DNA of 32,435 nt from contig JBFKCG010000003.1 of NCBI GenBank assembly GCA_041620675.1, forward strand, positions 1 to 32,435. The letters are read 5' to 3'. Made by a program: the position numbers and the translations under genes. Shown here piece after piece: positions 8,078 through 18,130 of this stretch (positions are counted from its first letter, which is position 1; each line of letters opens with the position of its first letter). Origin of the DNA: Nevskiales bacterium (GTDB lineage Bacteria > Pseudomonadota > Gammaproteobacteria > Nevskiales > DATLYR01). A model generated the notes under the pieces. The model ran no database searches. It was not told where the DNA came from and saw nothing but the letters and a program-made list of their open reading frames with translations.

Positions 8078-9445
8078 GTGAGCACCGTTTCTGAGTCTGT
8101 CCCATCGCGCGAAACCCCGCGTGTTCCTGGTCTGCCGTTCTTGGGCAACCTGTTTGGCATGGCCCGTGGCCCGGCCCGCTTCTTTGCGGAGTGCTACCGC
8201 AAATATGGCTCAGTGTTCGAAATCGTCATCCTGGGCAAGCGCTACAAGGTCATTGCCGGCATCGAGGCCGCGAACTTCGTGGGTTCGCGCGAAGGCAAGG
8301 AGTGCCTGCGCTCCAAGGAGATCTGGGCGGGCCTGACCGAGGAGTATGGCGCGACCCGGCTGCTCGGCGGTGAAGATGGCGAGAGCCACCGGCAGTTGCG
8401 CGACATCATGCGCCGCGGCTATTCCAAGGATTCGATCAAGGGCCGGTATAACGAGCTGATCAAGATTACCGATGGCGCCATTGAGCGTGACTGGAAGACC
8501 GGCGCGAAGGTGCCTGTGGTCGAGGCCATGCAATACATGGTCGTGGACCAGCTTGGCACGATCCTGACCGGCGCTGCCCCACTGGAATACGTCAAGGATA
8601 TCCGGCGGATGATATTGGTCATCCTCAATGTGCTGGTGACGCGCCAGCGTCCCAAGTTCCTGTTGCTGGATCCGCGCTACAAGAAGGCAAAGGCGCGCGT
8701 GTTCGAGCTGGGACGCAAAATGATTGCGGACTGGTTTGCCACTGGTCGTGACAAGCCAGAGGAAACAAAGAACCTGATTGACGACATCATGCAGACACAC
8801 GTGGATCGGCCTGACGTGATGCCGGCGTCGGACCTGATCCTGACCCTGACAGGCCCGTATGTGGCGGGGTTGGACACCGTGGCCAACACCGTTGGTGCAA
8901 TGGTGTATGGCGTACTCAAGCACCCTGAGGTATTGGCTCGCATCCAGAAGGAAGTGGATGAGTTGTTCGCCGAAGGGGAGATCAGCGAGGAACAGCTGAT
9001 GAACAAACTGCCCTGCGTCAATGGCGCAATCATGGAATCCATGCGCCTGTTCCCGGTGGCCGCCGCGCAGATCCGCGTGGCCAACAAGGATTTCCAGTTC
9101 GAGGGTCACCAACTGCATGAAGGCGAGCTGCTGTACCTGGGCACTACCGTGCCGCACTTCATGGAAGAGTATTATCCGGACCCGGAAAAATTCGACATTG
9201 ATCGTTACCAGAAACCACGTGCGGAACATATGCGGCCGGGTGCGTATTCTCCGTATGGGCGTGGGCCGCATACCTGCCTGGGCAAGAGCCTCGCAGAAGT
9301 GCAGATGGCGCTGTCCATGGCGCGGCTGTTCTACCGACTCGACCTGGAACTGGAATCACCGGACTACGTGCTCAAGACCAAGACGGCGCCAACCCCAGGG
9401 CCTGCAATGAGCTTCAAGGTGCGGGTCAAGGGCTACCGCCACTAA
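8078..9445 (+). CDS. Cytochrome P450
   Basis: I-helix AGLDT, K-helix ESMR, heme loop PYGRGPHTCLG. Confidence 0.95.
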   Translation: MSTVSESVPSRETPRVPGLPFLGNLFGMARGPARFFAECYRKYGSVFEIVILGKRYKVIAGIEAANFVGSREGKECLRSKEIWAGLTEEYGATRLLGGEDGESHRQLRDIMRRGYSKDSIKGRYNELIKITDGAIERDWKTGAKVPVVEAMQYMVVDQLGTILTGAAPLEYVKDIRRMILVILNVLVTRQRPKFLLLDPRYKKAKARVFELGRKMIADWFATGRDKPEETKNLIDDIMQTHVDRPDVMPASDLILTLTGPYVAGLDTVANTVGAMVYGVLKHPEVLARIQKEVDELFAEGEISEEQLMNKLPCVNGAIMESMRLFPVAAAQIRVANKDFQFEGHQLHEGELLYLGTTVPHFMEEYYPDPEKFDIDRYQKPRAEHMRPGAYSPYGRGPHTCLGKSLAEVQMALSMARLFYRLDLELESPDYVLKTKTAPTPGPAMSFKVRVKGYRH

Positions 9446-9448
9446 ATA

Positions 9449-9470
9449 CGGGCATGTGTCTGCATGCCTG
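9449..9470. terminator. Hairpin between convergent P450 and tadG
   Basis: CGGGCATGT-GTCT-GCATGCCTG; no strong U-tract. Confidence 0.35.
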
Positions 9471-9506
9471 ATCCTTGAAGTGCAGCGGTGACTTGAGCTA
9501 GCTGGG

Positions 9507-10709
9507 CTACATGGTCAGGCGCAACAGGATCTTGGCCGCAACCTGACGAAACACTTCATCTAGGTCTGATGCGGTCGGCGCGAAGACCGCGGCCCCGGCG
9601 AGCTGAGTCGGGTTGTAGCTGGGGCTGCTGGGGTCATTCGCCATCTTCAGCAGCGAATTCTTCTCGATGTTGTTGCCCAGGCCAATCGCGAATACGATTA
9701 CGCCAGCCTTGCGTGCCTGCTCGGCGGATTTCTCGGCACGGAACAGCCCTTCTTCCGTGATGTTGCTGGAATTGCGGGTGCGGTTCTGCTGGTATTTCTC
9801 GGAGAAGAAGGTCGTCACTGACGAGTGGCAGGTCACTCGCTCGCCGTCCTTGGGATTCCGGAAGTCACTGGTGCCACTGCCGGGCGTAATGATCAGCTGC
9901 CGCGCCGGTTTGGTGGGGTCACATTTAACCGAGCTAAGGATGGCATTGGCGAAGCCGTCGGTGAAGAAGACCAGGGTCTTGAGTACGTTCTCGTCCGGAT
10001 TGACCTTCACGCCCTGGATCTCGCCATTGGCCATGTCGATGCCGCCATGGGCATAGGTCCAGCCGGTGAAATTGAGTTTGCCGGCTTCCTCCTTGATCTT
10101 TTTCTTGAAGTCCTTGGTCATCTCGACATCGACGGTGGAATGGTAGGCGTAACTGGTCATCGCCGCTTGATCGTTCTTGTCATCAAAAAAATCAATAAAA
10201 GTGGCCACGGCGCCTGGCAGGGCCTTGGCACCCCCATTGCCATTCATGGAGCCTGAACGATCCAGTGACAGGCCAATCAGCAGTTTTGCGCGTGCGGCTT
10301 CTGCACTGGCGCTGATGCCGACGGAATCAAAGGGCGGCAGGATGCTGATGAAAAAAGGGGTAACGCGGACTTTGGCCTCAACAGAGATCCGTCGGTTGTT
10401 ATTGCTGTCAGAAAAGAAGCGAATCTTCAGGTTGGGGTCACTGACCTGACGCGCTGGCAGGTTGGAGGCTGCATAGTTCATGAAAAAGGTGCTGGCGGCA
10501 ATCCGCTCGGCCTCAGCCTCGCCTTTGCCCAAAGTGCGCACGCCCATCAGCGCCGAGGCATCCACGCCTTTCGCCAGGGCAGCCTTGCTCATGTAGAAGA
10601 AGCCGGTGTCAATGGCGAGCCCAAACATCAGGATCAACACCAGCAGGCTGACGGCAAAGGTGACGAAGATGGCGCCTTGCTCGCGGGCATTTCTTGGCAG
10701 GATGTGCAT
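9507..10709 (-). CDS. tadG: TadG-like pilus adhesin/anchor with vWA domain
   Basis: Pilin-like N-terminus (EQG/AIFVTF + TM, LAIDTG, DASAL); vWA MIDAS DRSGS...T...FFTDG. Start reassigned to ATG 10709. Confidence 0.85.
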   Translation of the reverse strand: MHILPRNAREQGAIFVTFAVSLLVLILMFGLAIDTGFFYMSKAALAKGVDASALMGVRTLGKGEAEAERIAASTFFMNYAASNLPARQVSDPNLKIRFFSDSNNNRRISVEAKVRVTPFFISILPPFDSVGISASAEAARAKLLIGLSLDRSGSMNGNGGAKALPGAVATFIDFFDDKNDQAAMTSYAYHSTVDVEMTKDFKKKIKEEAGKLNFTGWTYAHGGIDMANGEIQGVKVNPDENVLKTLVFFTDGFANAILSSVKCDPTKPARQLIITPGSGTSDFRNPKDGERVTCHSSVTTFFSEKYQQNRTRNSSNITEEGLFRAEKSAEQARKAGVIVFAIGLGNNIEKNSLLKMANDPSSPSYNPTQLAGAAVFAPTASDLDEVFRQVAAKILLRLTM

Positions 10710-10719
10710 GGGTTCAGCC

Positions 10720-11247
10720 TCAGAAGAAGGCGACGTCGTAAGAAATCTCGCCAATGGATTGGTTGAGCAGCTTGCCGAGTGGCGTGATGGGCTCTGATTT
10801 GTAGAAGACCTCCGCGACATACAGGATCAGGCCCTGTGGTGGAATGGGTGAAGGCGTCGATGGCAGGGTGGCCGCGCTGCCGCTGCCCGAGCCGATACGA
10901 CTGGCTGAGGAAACCGTGCCGGATGAGACCTGGTTGCGGATCTTGACCTTGTTGTTCTGGTCGCGAATGACCTCGGTGATGATGATGAAGCCGTTTGCCT
11001 CCATGTCCAGCGGCTCGTCCGAGAGCTGGATGGCAGCAATGGAGTCATTCAACGACGTGCCGCGCGAGGCCAGGTTTGCGGCCTCCCGGCTCAGGTTGAG
11101 CAGGACTTGTCGCGTCAGCACGGCTCGACCGAGCTCTATCACGCCGAAGATAAGAACCAGGAGTATGGGCAGCACGAAGGCGAACTCCACCACGGCGATA
11201 CCGCGGTGATGGCGCGCCCCTCGACTTGTCCTGTCAGTGCGCCTCAT
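10720..11247 (-). CDS. TadE/TadF-like minor pilin
   Basis: RG/IAVVEFAFVLPILLVLIFGVIELG...SREAA signature. Confidence 0.88.
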   Translation of the reverse strand: MRRTDRTSRGARHHRGIAVVEFAFVLPILLVLIFGVIELGRAVLTRQVLLNLSREAANLASRGTSLNDSIAAIQLSDEPLDMEANGFIIITEVIRDQNNKVKIRNQVSSGTVSSASRIGSGSGSAATLPSTPSPIPPQGLILYVAEVFYKSEPITPLGKLLNQSIGEISYDVAFF

Positions 11248-11765
11248 TGGTTCACGGATGGCGGGAATGGCTCGTTCTTGAAACTGGTGCTGACCGTGAA
11301 CTTGTAGGCGCCGTCGTCGAAGAACTGGCTCAGCATCGGCGTGATGGGCTCGAAGCGGTAGCGCAGGGATATGGTCAGGATGTCGCCGGCATTGCCCGCG
11401 CTATTGGGTACTTGCGGGCCAGCAGGCTGGCCGCTGGATACGGAAATGTCAGCCTTGTCGATTTCAATGCCCGTAGCCGCCTGTGCCACCACCGCCTTGA
11501 TTGACTCAATGCGGGACTGTTTGGTCTTCGGATCGTTGGGATCATCAAGGCGCCCACCGGTGACCCCGTAACGGCCACCTTCACGCATGGCATGTTGCAG
11601 CGAGGTTTGGGTAAACATCAGGCGCGCGAAATCAATCACGCCGAACAACAGAAAAAGAAAAACGGGCAGCAGGATAGCCAACTCAACGGTTTCAACGCCG
11701 CGCTGGCGGCACCTGTTCCCGACCTCAGTGTGTCTTTTGAGACAGGTTGTCATTCCATCACGCAT
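11244..11765 (-). CDS. tadE: TadE-like minor pilin
   Basis: QRG/VETVELAILLPVFLFLLFGVIDF...REGGRY signature; 4-nt overlap with the next gene. Confidence 0.88.
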   Translation of the reverse strand: MRDGMTTCLKRHTEVGNRCRQRGVETVELAILLPVFLFLLFGVIDFARLMFTQTSLQHAMREGGRYGVTGGRLDDPNDPKTKQSRIESIKAVVAQAATGIEIDKADISVSSGQPAGPQVPNSAGNAGDILTISLRYRFEPITPMLSQFFDDGAYKFTVSTSFKNEPFPPSVNQ

Positions 11766-11844
11766 ATCTGGCCCGAGTTTTCCTACACACGATCAGTGCT
11801 GTCGAGTGGTTGAATCACACTAGTAGATTTCAGTGAAGTCTGGG

Positions 11845-11858
11845 TTGACTTAGGTCAA
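11845..11858. promoter_or_regulatory. FNR/ANR-family binding site in the divergent tadE/flp intergenic region
   Basis: TTGAC-TTAG-GTCAA; minus-strand -10 TAGTGT at 11822-11817 gives class II (-41.5) geometry. Confidence 0.65.
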
Positions 11859-11965
11859 TGCATCCATGTGCGCTAGGGAGGAACCTTGCGACATGGACAG
11901 GCAACCCTGCCGCCATGCAGCCCTAATCGAAGGGGTTTGCCAGAAATTGTTAAGGAGCCAATGCC

Positions 11966-12133
11966 ATGTCATTTCGAGATAGCGTCAAGCGGTTTATGCA
12001 AGATGAAGAAGGCCTGACGACAGTGGAATACGCCGTCGCCGGTGGCCTGATCGCAGCGGCCGTGATCGCCGCCTTCATCCTGTTGGGAGACAAGGTCAAC
12101 GAAAAGATCGGTGACATCACCGGCAACCTCTGA
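11966..12133 (+). CDS. flp: Flp/Fap type IVc major pilin (55 aa; missing from the ORF track)
   Basis: MSFRDSVKRFMQDEEG/LTTVEYAVAGGLIAAAVIAAFILLGDKVNEKIGDITGNL; Flp motif G-x4-EY; TAAGGAG RBS at 11951. Confidence 0.93.
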   Translation: MSFRDSVKRFMQDEEGLTTVEYAVAGGLIAAAVIAAFILLGDKVNEKIGDITGNL

Positions 12134-12145
12134 CCATGGCTGCAC

Positions 12146-12182
12146 AATGACGGCCCCGGGCAAATTCCTGGGGCTGTCGTTT
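12146..12182 (+). terminator. Stem-loop after flp (partial terminator or mRNA stabiliser)
   Basis: AATGACGGCCCCGGG-CAAAT-TCCTGGGGCTGTCGTT, with G-U pairs. Confidence 0.6.
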
Positions 12183-12218
12183 AGTCGCCAGATCTCCCAT
12201 ATAAAAAGTAAGTAGGGA

Positions 12219-12779
12219 ATGATCATGTTGCCGCACGATTTCCAGACGCTGACCCCCCTGCTGCTAGCGGCGGTGCTTGTTATCGCGGTCTGGCGAGATG
12301 TGACTCGTCACCGAATTGATAACTGGATCAGTGTTCTCGGAATTGGTGTGGCGCTTGGCCTGCAGCTGAATAGCGCAGGGATGGCTGGGCTGGCCCTTAC
12401 CCTTGGCGGCGTAATGGCCGGCCTCGCCATTTTTCTCCCGTTCTATGTCGCCGGTGGCATGGCTGCCGGTGACGTCAAGCTCATGGCCGCCGCCGGTGCC
12501 TTCCTCGGGCCCGTGGATGCCGTGATGGCAGGCCTCGCCAGCCTGATCGCCGGCACCGTGCTGGCGCTGCTGGTGATGGCGATGCATGGCGGCTTGCGCG
12601 AGGGCCTCGGTCATACCGGTCGCCAGGTGCTGGGTTTTGGCATGACGCGTATTTGGGTTCGTGCAAGTCCAGATTCAATCGCTGCTCGCCGGTTTCCTTA
12701 CGCTGGCGCAATTGCGGTTGGTTGCCTCTCGATATCAACCCTGCGGCTGTCCGGTGTGCTGCCAGGCGTCGTCCAGTAA
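12219..12779 (+). CDS. cpaA: Prepilin peptidase, A24 family (CpaA/TadV)
   Basis: Multi-TM; D...RI.N and GGMAAGDVKL catalytic Asp motifs; FPYA..I near the C-terminus. Confidence 0.92.
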   Translation: MIMLPHDFQTLTPLLLAAVLVIAVWRDVTRHRIDNWISVLGIGVALGLQLNSAGMAGLALTLGGVMAGLAIFLPFYVAGGMAAGDVKLMAAAGAFLGPVDAVMAGLASLIAGTVLALLVMAMHGGLREGLGHTGRQVLGFGMTRIWVRASPDSIAARRFPYAGAIAVGCLSISTLRLSGVLPGVVQ

Positions 12780-12797
12780 AGGTGCAGGAGATTACAC

Positions 12798-13583
12798 ATG
12801 ACCAACCGCCGCAATATCCTCATTTTCCTGATGCTCGCCGCCATTCTCGGCTTGGGGTCGGCCTTTCTGGCGCAGCGTTGGACTGAAGGTCGTATGGATG
12901 AGGCCAGGCAGCAGGCCAGCAGCAAGCTCACCAAGGTCGTGGTTGCCAAGGGCGAAATCACCTTTGGCAAGCGAATTGATCAGAGCACCATCAAGACGGT
13001 CGATTGGCCCAAGGATGCCGTGCCTCCGGGCGCGTTTCACATGATGGAGGACGTGGTTGGTCGCCAGTCCAAGTACCACATCCTCCCGGGTGAACCGATC
13101 CTCGAGCCACGCGTGGCGGATCCCAACAAGAGCCCATTACTGGCGGGCCTGATTGAGCCCAACAAGCGAGCCGTCACCGTACGCGTCGATGACGTGGTCG
13201 GCGTCGCGGGCTTCCTGTTGCCGGGTAGTCACGTTGATGTGCTGGCCTCGCGTCGCCTGGATTCTGATCGTTACGACACTCGCACGGTGCTGCATAACCT
13301 GAAGGTATTGGCGGTAGACCAGACCGCCTCGACCGGCAGCGAGGATAAGCCCGTGGTAGTGAGGGCGGTAACGTTGGAAGCAGACCTCAAACAGGCGGAA
13401 GTACTGGTGCAGGCCACCAGCGAGGGCAGCGTCCAGCTGGCCCTGCGCAACCCGGAAGATGATGCCGTGCCTGTCGTCGCCGAGGCGCCGGCACCCGTGC
13501 GGACGGCACCGCGCAGGACGAGCAGCAACCAAGTCACCGTCATTCGTGGCACCCATTCCAATTCTGCTGAAACCCGGCAGTGA
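12798..13583 (+). CDS. cpaB: Flp pilus assembly protein CpaB/RcpC
   Basis: N-terminal TM, SAF-like region (VVVAK..I), RAVTVRVDDVVGVAGFLLPG..VDVL, LALRNP. Confidence 0.93.
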   Translation: MTNRRNILIFLMLAAILGLGSAFLAQRWTEGRMDEARQQASSKLTKVVVAKGEITFGKRIDQSTIKTVDWPKDAVPPGAFHMMEDVVGRQSKYHILPGEPILEPRVADPNKSPLLAGLIEPNKRAVTVRVDDVVGVAGFLLPGSHVDVLASRRLDSDRYDTRTVLHNLKVLAVDQTASTGSEDKPVVVRAVTLEADLKQAEVLVQATSEGSVQLALRNPEDDAVPVVAEAPAPVRTAPRRTSSNQVTVIRGTHSNSAETRQ

Positions 13584-13609
13584 GCGCAGTCATGGACAAG
13601 GAGCAAGTT

Positions 13610-15202
13610 ATGAAAGCTCGCATTCGAACCCGGTCTTCAGCCAGCACAGGTCGCCTGATCCTTGCCATGGGACTTCTGTTCTTGCTGGTGGCTGCTTTGT
13701 TGGCCACCAACGCAAGTTCGGCAGGAGATGGCAATAACCTGACGGTACCGTTGTACAAATCAACCACGGTGCGACTGCCGCAGCCAGCCAAGCGGGTTTC
13801 GGTCGGCAATCCTGGTGTAGCCGACATCGTGATCCTGCATAGCCAGGAATTACAGATCGTTGGCAAGTCACTGGGCGCTACCAACCTAGTGGTGTGGGAC
13901 AAGAACAGCCGGGTGCAAGCGTCCTACAACATTGAAGTTGTGCATGACCTGGTCACGCTGCAGGACAAGCTGCATGCCTTATTGCCAGGTGAATCCATCA
14001 GAACGACCTCAGCCCAGGAAAACATCGTGCTGAGCGGCGAGGTCAAGAACGCCAGCCAGATGCAGGCAGCCGTCGCGCTGGCAGAAAGCTTCATACCGGA
14101 ATGCATCGAGGCCGTAACGCAGGGTGATGGCGGCAAAGGTGCGGTAACCGCGTTGCCTGGCGTGGGCAAGGGCCGTGACTGTGACAAGGGCAAGGTGGTG
14201 AACCTGATGCAGGTCGGTGGTGCGCAACAGGTCATGCTGGAAATAAAGGTCGCGGAGATGGCGCGCACGGTGCTCAAGACCATGGATGCTGATGTCAACA
14301 TCTACAACCTCGGCAAGCGCGGTGGCTTCGGCGCCGTCGAGGGCGGTGCCAACTTCCCCAATTCCGGCGGACCTGTCCTGGCCGGTCCGGGTGGGCCCAT
14401 CGGCCCAAATGTAGACCTGTTCGACCCGGTCGCACCCGCGATCGACAACAGCGGGATATTTTTCAGCTATCTCAAGGGTGACCTGTTCCTGCAGGCAGTG
14501 CTTGAGATTTCACGGCGCAAGGGCTTGGCGAAGATCCTGTCGGAGCCGACGCTGACTACGCTCAATGGCCAGGAAGCAGAGTTCCTGTCCGGTGGTGAGT
14601 TCCCCATCCCGGTGCCGCAGGGCACGGGCAACAGCATCACGATCGAGTTCAAGGAATTTGGCGTTGGCGTCAAGTTCATCCCGGTCGTGCTGGACTCGGG
14701 TCGCATCAATCTCAAGCTTAATGTTGCCGTCAGTGAGCTCTCCCAAGACAACAATGTGCAGCTAGCGGCTGCCGGTACCGCCAGCGCCTTCGTCATTCCT
14801 TCGCTGACCAAGCGCAGCGCCAAGAGCACGGTGGAATTGGCCAACGGACAAACGATCGGCATCGCCGGCTTGATCAGCGACAACACACGCGAGTTCGTCG
14901 ACAAGCTGCCGGGCCTGGGTGATATCCCGGGCCTGGGCGCGCTGTTCCGGAGCCAGGAATTCCGCTCAGGGCAGACCGAGCTGGTGATCTTTGTCACGCC
15001 ACACCTGGCGCGGCCGATCAGCCAGGCCAAGATCTCGCTGCCCACGGACAGCTTCGTGCCCCCCAGTGATCGTGATTTCTACCTGATGGGTCGCATGGAG
15101 GCAAAGGATGCCAAGGACGGCAAGGCGGCACCGCGCCGAGTAGCCAGGCCCGAGAGTTCTAAGGGCGGCATCGAAGGCGCCAGCATCGGCCATGACCTCT
15201 AG
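13610..15202 (+). CDS. cpaC: Tad secretin CpaC/RcpA
   Basis: VGNPGVAD, QVMLEIKVAE, ILSEP.L...NGQEA.FLSGGEFPIP and LPGLGDIPGLGALFRS..TELVIFVTP; AAGGAG RBS before ATG 13610. Confidence 0.94.
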   Translation: MKARIRTRSSASTGRLILAMGLLFLLVAALLATNASSAGDGNNLTVPLYKSTTVRLPQPAKRVSVGNPGVADIVILHSQELQIVGKSLGATNLVVWDKNSRVQASYNIEVVHDLVTLQDKLHALLPGESIRTTSAQENIVLSGEVKNASQMQAAVALAESFIPECIEAVTQGDGGKGAVTALPGVGKGRDCDKGKVVNLMQVGGAQQVMLEIKVAEMARTVLKTMDADVNIYNLGKRGGFGAVEGGANFPNSGGPVLAGPGGPIGPNVDLFDPVAPAIDNSGIFFSYLKGDLFLQAVLEISRRKGLAKILSEPTLTTLNGQEAEFLSGGEFPIPVPQGTGNSITIEFKEFGVGVKFIPVVLDSGRINLKLNVAVSELSQDNNVQLAAAGTASAFVIPSLTKRSAKSTVELANGQTIGIAGLISDNTREFVDKLPGLGDIPGLGALFRSQEFRSGQTELVIFVTPHLARPISQAKISLPTDSFVPPSDRDFYLMGRMEAKDAKDGKAAPRRVARPESSKGGIEGASIGHDL

Positions 15203-15212
15203 GAGATGTGAC

Positions 15213-15506
15213 ATGAAGCAGACAACAAGCGTAAACGCACTGGGGTTCGTGGCTGCCATGCTGCTGGCCGGTTGTGCCATGACCGCCTCTACCGATCCGA
15301 CCCGGGTTGAGAATGACTTCGGGAACTCGGTCAGGCAGATGGTGGATGGACAAATCTATGACACCAAGGCGGCACGCAAGCCCGCGACCGAACCGCCCTT
15401 GGGCCAGGATGGTGCACATACCGAGGTCATCCTAAGAAAACACCGTGAGCATGTCGGCGATCCCGCTTCTGTGGACGATGACGTGCGCGTGGGCGTAACC
15501 CAATGA
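15213..15506 (+). CDS. Small lipoprotein in the tad operon (secretin-associated candidate)
   Basis: AGGAG RBS; lipobox LLAGC; lies between cpaC and cpaE. Confidence 0.75.
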   Translation: MKQTTSVNALGFVAAMLLAGCAMTASTDPTRVENDFGNSVRQMVDGQIYDTKAARKPATEPPLGQDGAHTEVILRKHREHVGDPASVDDDVRVGVTQ

Positions 15507-15536
15507 CCGTGGGTACGCATTGTCAGGAGAGTCCAC

Positions 15537-16742
15537 ATGCATGAAAGGCACATAATCTGGATTGACGCGGCGACAGCCGAAGGTTGCACTCGGCTGACGG
15601 AGGCGCTTCAACACCAGAAGGACCTCGACATCCACTCCCGAGTGAGGAAGCCGGGGCCGCTGACATCCCCGTCATTCACCCCTTCAAGCCCGCGCATGGT
15701 CCTGCTGGAGCTGGGGGAACATGGGTCGCAGTTGCTCAGGGACTGGACGGAGCTGGCGGAGACCGCAGGCATCCCGCTCATCGTGGTAGGCCCCCCCCAC
15801 GACAGCCAGTTGATGCGCCGCGCGATGCAGGCTGGTGCGCGCGATTATTTCTCCGAGCCATTGCCCGTGGATGAGCTGGTGTCCTCCGTGCGGCAGATTG
15901 TGGCTGAAGCAGATGAGGCCGCGCTGGTGCGGCCGGGCGGAAAACTGACGTCGGTCATTGATGCCAAGGGTGGCTCGGGCGCGTCCTTTGTCGCCTGCAA
16001 CCTGGCCCATATGCTGACAGCGCACCTTGACCGAAAGACCGCGCTGATTGACATGGATCTGCAGTTCGGTGCCCTGCCGCTGGCGCTGGACATGAGCCCG
16101 AAATCAACGCTGTTTGACGTCATCGGGGCAGCCGATGGCCTTGATGCAGTGGCGCTTCGTGCCTACATGGCCGAGCACAGCAGTGGCTTGCATGTGCTTG
16201 GCACAATGGGCGAGCAGCTGGTCATGCCCTGGGAGGTGTCGGTAGAGGCGGCACAGAAGGTGCTGCGAGTTGCGCTGCAGAGTTATGCGCACGTGGTGAC
16301 CGATCTGCCGCGCTCAATCGACCCGATCACCAGCATGGTGCTCAGCGCATCGGATTTGATCATGGTCGTGATGCAAAGAAGTTTTGCGCACCTGCGGGAT
16401 GCACAACGCATGTTCAGCCTCATGCGAGGCTATCTGGGTATCCCCTCGGAACGCATCATCCTGGTCGTCAATCGCAACGAGGGCAAGAGCCCCATCACCA
16501 TTGATGATATCAACCAGGCCATACGGCCTTCCTTCATCGCGCAGATTCCAAACGACTTCGAGCATGTGACGGAGTCAATGAACCTCGGCGTGCCGTTGTA
16601 CAAGAGCGTGCGCACCGCACCGGTGACCAAGGCCTTGTGCAAGCTCGCCGAGCGGGTTGACGGTGTGATTGAAACGACGCCCGAGCAGGAAGAGCCCGCC
16701 CATGCTGGCGGCATCGCACGCCTCCTGGGCATGAATAAGTAA
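15537..16742 (+). CDS. cpaE: CpaE/TadZ (receiver-like domain plus MinD-type ATPase)
   Basis: AMQAGARDY receiver-like motif; deviant Walker A KGGSGAS; LIDMDLQFG. Confidence 0.92.
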   Translation: MHERHIIWIDAATAEGCTRLTEALQHQKDLDIHSRVRKPGPLTSPSFTPSSPRMVLLELGEHGSQLLRDWTELAETAGIPLIVVGPPHDSQLMRRAMQAGARDYFSEPLPVDELVSSVRQIVAEADEAALVRPGGKLTSVIDAKGGSGASFVACNLAHMLTAHLDRKTALIDMDLQFGALPLALDMSPKSTLFDVIGAADGLDAVALRAYMAEHSSGLHVLGTMGEQLVMPWEVSVEAAQKVLRVALQSYAHVVTDLPRSIDPITSMVLSASDLIMVVMQRSFAHLRDAQRMFSLMRGYLGIPSERIILVVNRNEGKSPITIDDINQAIRPSFIAQIPNDFEHVTESMNLGVPLYKSVRTAPVTKALCKLAERVDGVIETTPEQEEPAHAGGIARLLGMNK

Positions 16743-18121
16743 TGGAGATGAAACTGGGTACCGGTACCCGGGGGGCGGACGCCAAGTCTGGCGCCTCGGG
16801 AGCATCAGGCAATCCAGCAGGAAATGCCATGAGTCGTACGATCAGTGGCACTGCTCAAGACCAGGATTGGGTGAAGATCGTACACCACGACTTGCTGGAG
16901 CAACTGGACCTCGCCCGCCTGGGCTCCTTGGATGAGCAGGCCGCGCGCCAGGAAATTCGAGACCAGGCCCAGCGCATCATGCAGGAGCACTCCGTTCCGC
17001 TGTCGGCGATGGCGCGCCAGCAACTGGCCAAGAGTGTCGAGGATGAAATCCTGGGCCTGGGTCCACTTGAGCCATTACTCAATGATCCGGACGTCTCTGA
17101 CATTCTCGTCAACGGGTACAACAAGGTTTTCGTGGAGCGACACGGCAAGCTTGAGTCAACCAACGTGCGGTTTCGTGACGAGGCGCACCTGATGATGATC
17201 ATTGATCGGATCGTAACCCGCGTGGGCCGTCGCATCGATGAATCATCGCCGATGGTGGACGCGCGCCTGGAAGATGGCTCGCGCGTCAATGCCGTCATCC
17301 GTCCACTGGCGCTGGATGGCGCGATGCTGTCCATCCGCCGTTTTCGCGTTGACAGCATGAGCGCGGAGGATTTCACCCGATTGGGTAGCTGGACGCCGGC
17401 CATCGGTGAGGTGCTCAAGGGCGTGGTGAGTGGACGCCTGAACGTGCTCATCTCCGGTGGTACCGGCACTGGCAAGACCACGCTGCTGAATGTGCTGTCT
17501 GGCTTCATCCCGCCTGACGAACGCATCATCACGATCGAGGATTCTGCTGAGCTTTGCCTGCGACAGCCTCATGTGGGTAGGCTGGAGACCCGTCCGGAAA
17601 ACATTGAGGGCAGGGGTGAAGTGACCCAGCGCGACCTGGTACGCAATGCCCTGCGCATGCGGCCGGACCGGATCATCGTCGGCGAGGTGCGCGCGGGCGA
17701 GGCTTTCGACATGCTGCAGGCCATGAATACCGGCCATGACGGCTCCCTGACCACAGTCCATGCCAACACCCCACGTGATGCCCTGTCTCGCATCGAGAAC
17801 ATGGTGGCCATGACGGGTATTGAGTTGCCCCCGCGTGCCGTGCGCAGCCAGATAGCCTCCGCCATCGACGTGGTGATCCAGTTAGAGCGCATGGAAGATG
17901 GCGTGCGCCGCCTGGTGAGCCTGCAGGAAATCCAGGGCTCAGAGGGGGACGTGATCATCATGGCCGAGATCTTTCGCTTTGAGCGCACAGGTCTCAGCAA
18001 GGACGGCAAGGTACTGGGCAAGTTTCGCGCCACGGGTCTGGTGCCGCATTTTCATGCGCCCTTGCATCGCCGTGGCATCGAACTCGATCTCCACCTGTTC
18101 GATATGGACAGGGAAGTTTAG
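16742..18121 (+). CDS. cpaF: Tad motor ATPase CpaF/TadA
   Basis: [30 protein letters not shown] and [14 protein letters not shown]. Confidence 0.96.
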   Translation: MEMKLGTGTRGADAKSGASGASGNPAGNAMSRTISGTAQDQDWVKIVHHDLLEQLDLARLGSLDEQAARQEIRDQAQRIMQEHSVPLSAMARQQLAKSVEDEILGLGPLEPLLNDPDVSDILVNGYNKVFVERHGKLESTNVRFRDEAHLMMIIDRIVTRVGRRIDESSPMVDARLEDGSRVNAVIRPLALDGAMLSIRRFRVDSMSAEDFTRLGSWTPAIGEVLKGVVSGRLNVLISGGTGTGKTTLLNVLSGFIPPDERIITIEDSAELCLRQPHVGRLETRPENIEGRGEVTQRDLVRNALRMRPDRIIVGEVRAGEAFDMLQAMNTGHDGSLTTVHANTPRDALSRIENMVAMTGIELPPRAVRSQIASAIDVVIQLERMEDGVRRLVSLQEIQGSEGDVIIMAEIFRFERTGLSKDGKVLGKFRATGLVPHFHAPLHRRGIELDLHLFDMDREV

Positions 18122-18130
18122 GAGTTGGTT

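Noticed and set aside
8210-9271. Long antisense ORFs (e.g. 8210-9271, 2024-2833, 27199-27990, 31395-32198)
   Set aside because: They lie opposite well-supported genes, lack recognisable motifs, and are expected in GC-rich DNA.
11950-12226. Minus-strand ORFs 11950-12147 and 11969-12226 from the track
   Set aside because: Antisense shadows of the flp pilin on the + strand.
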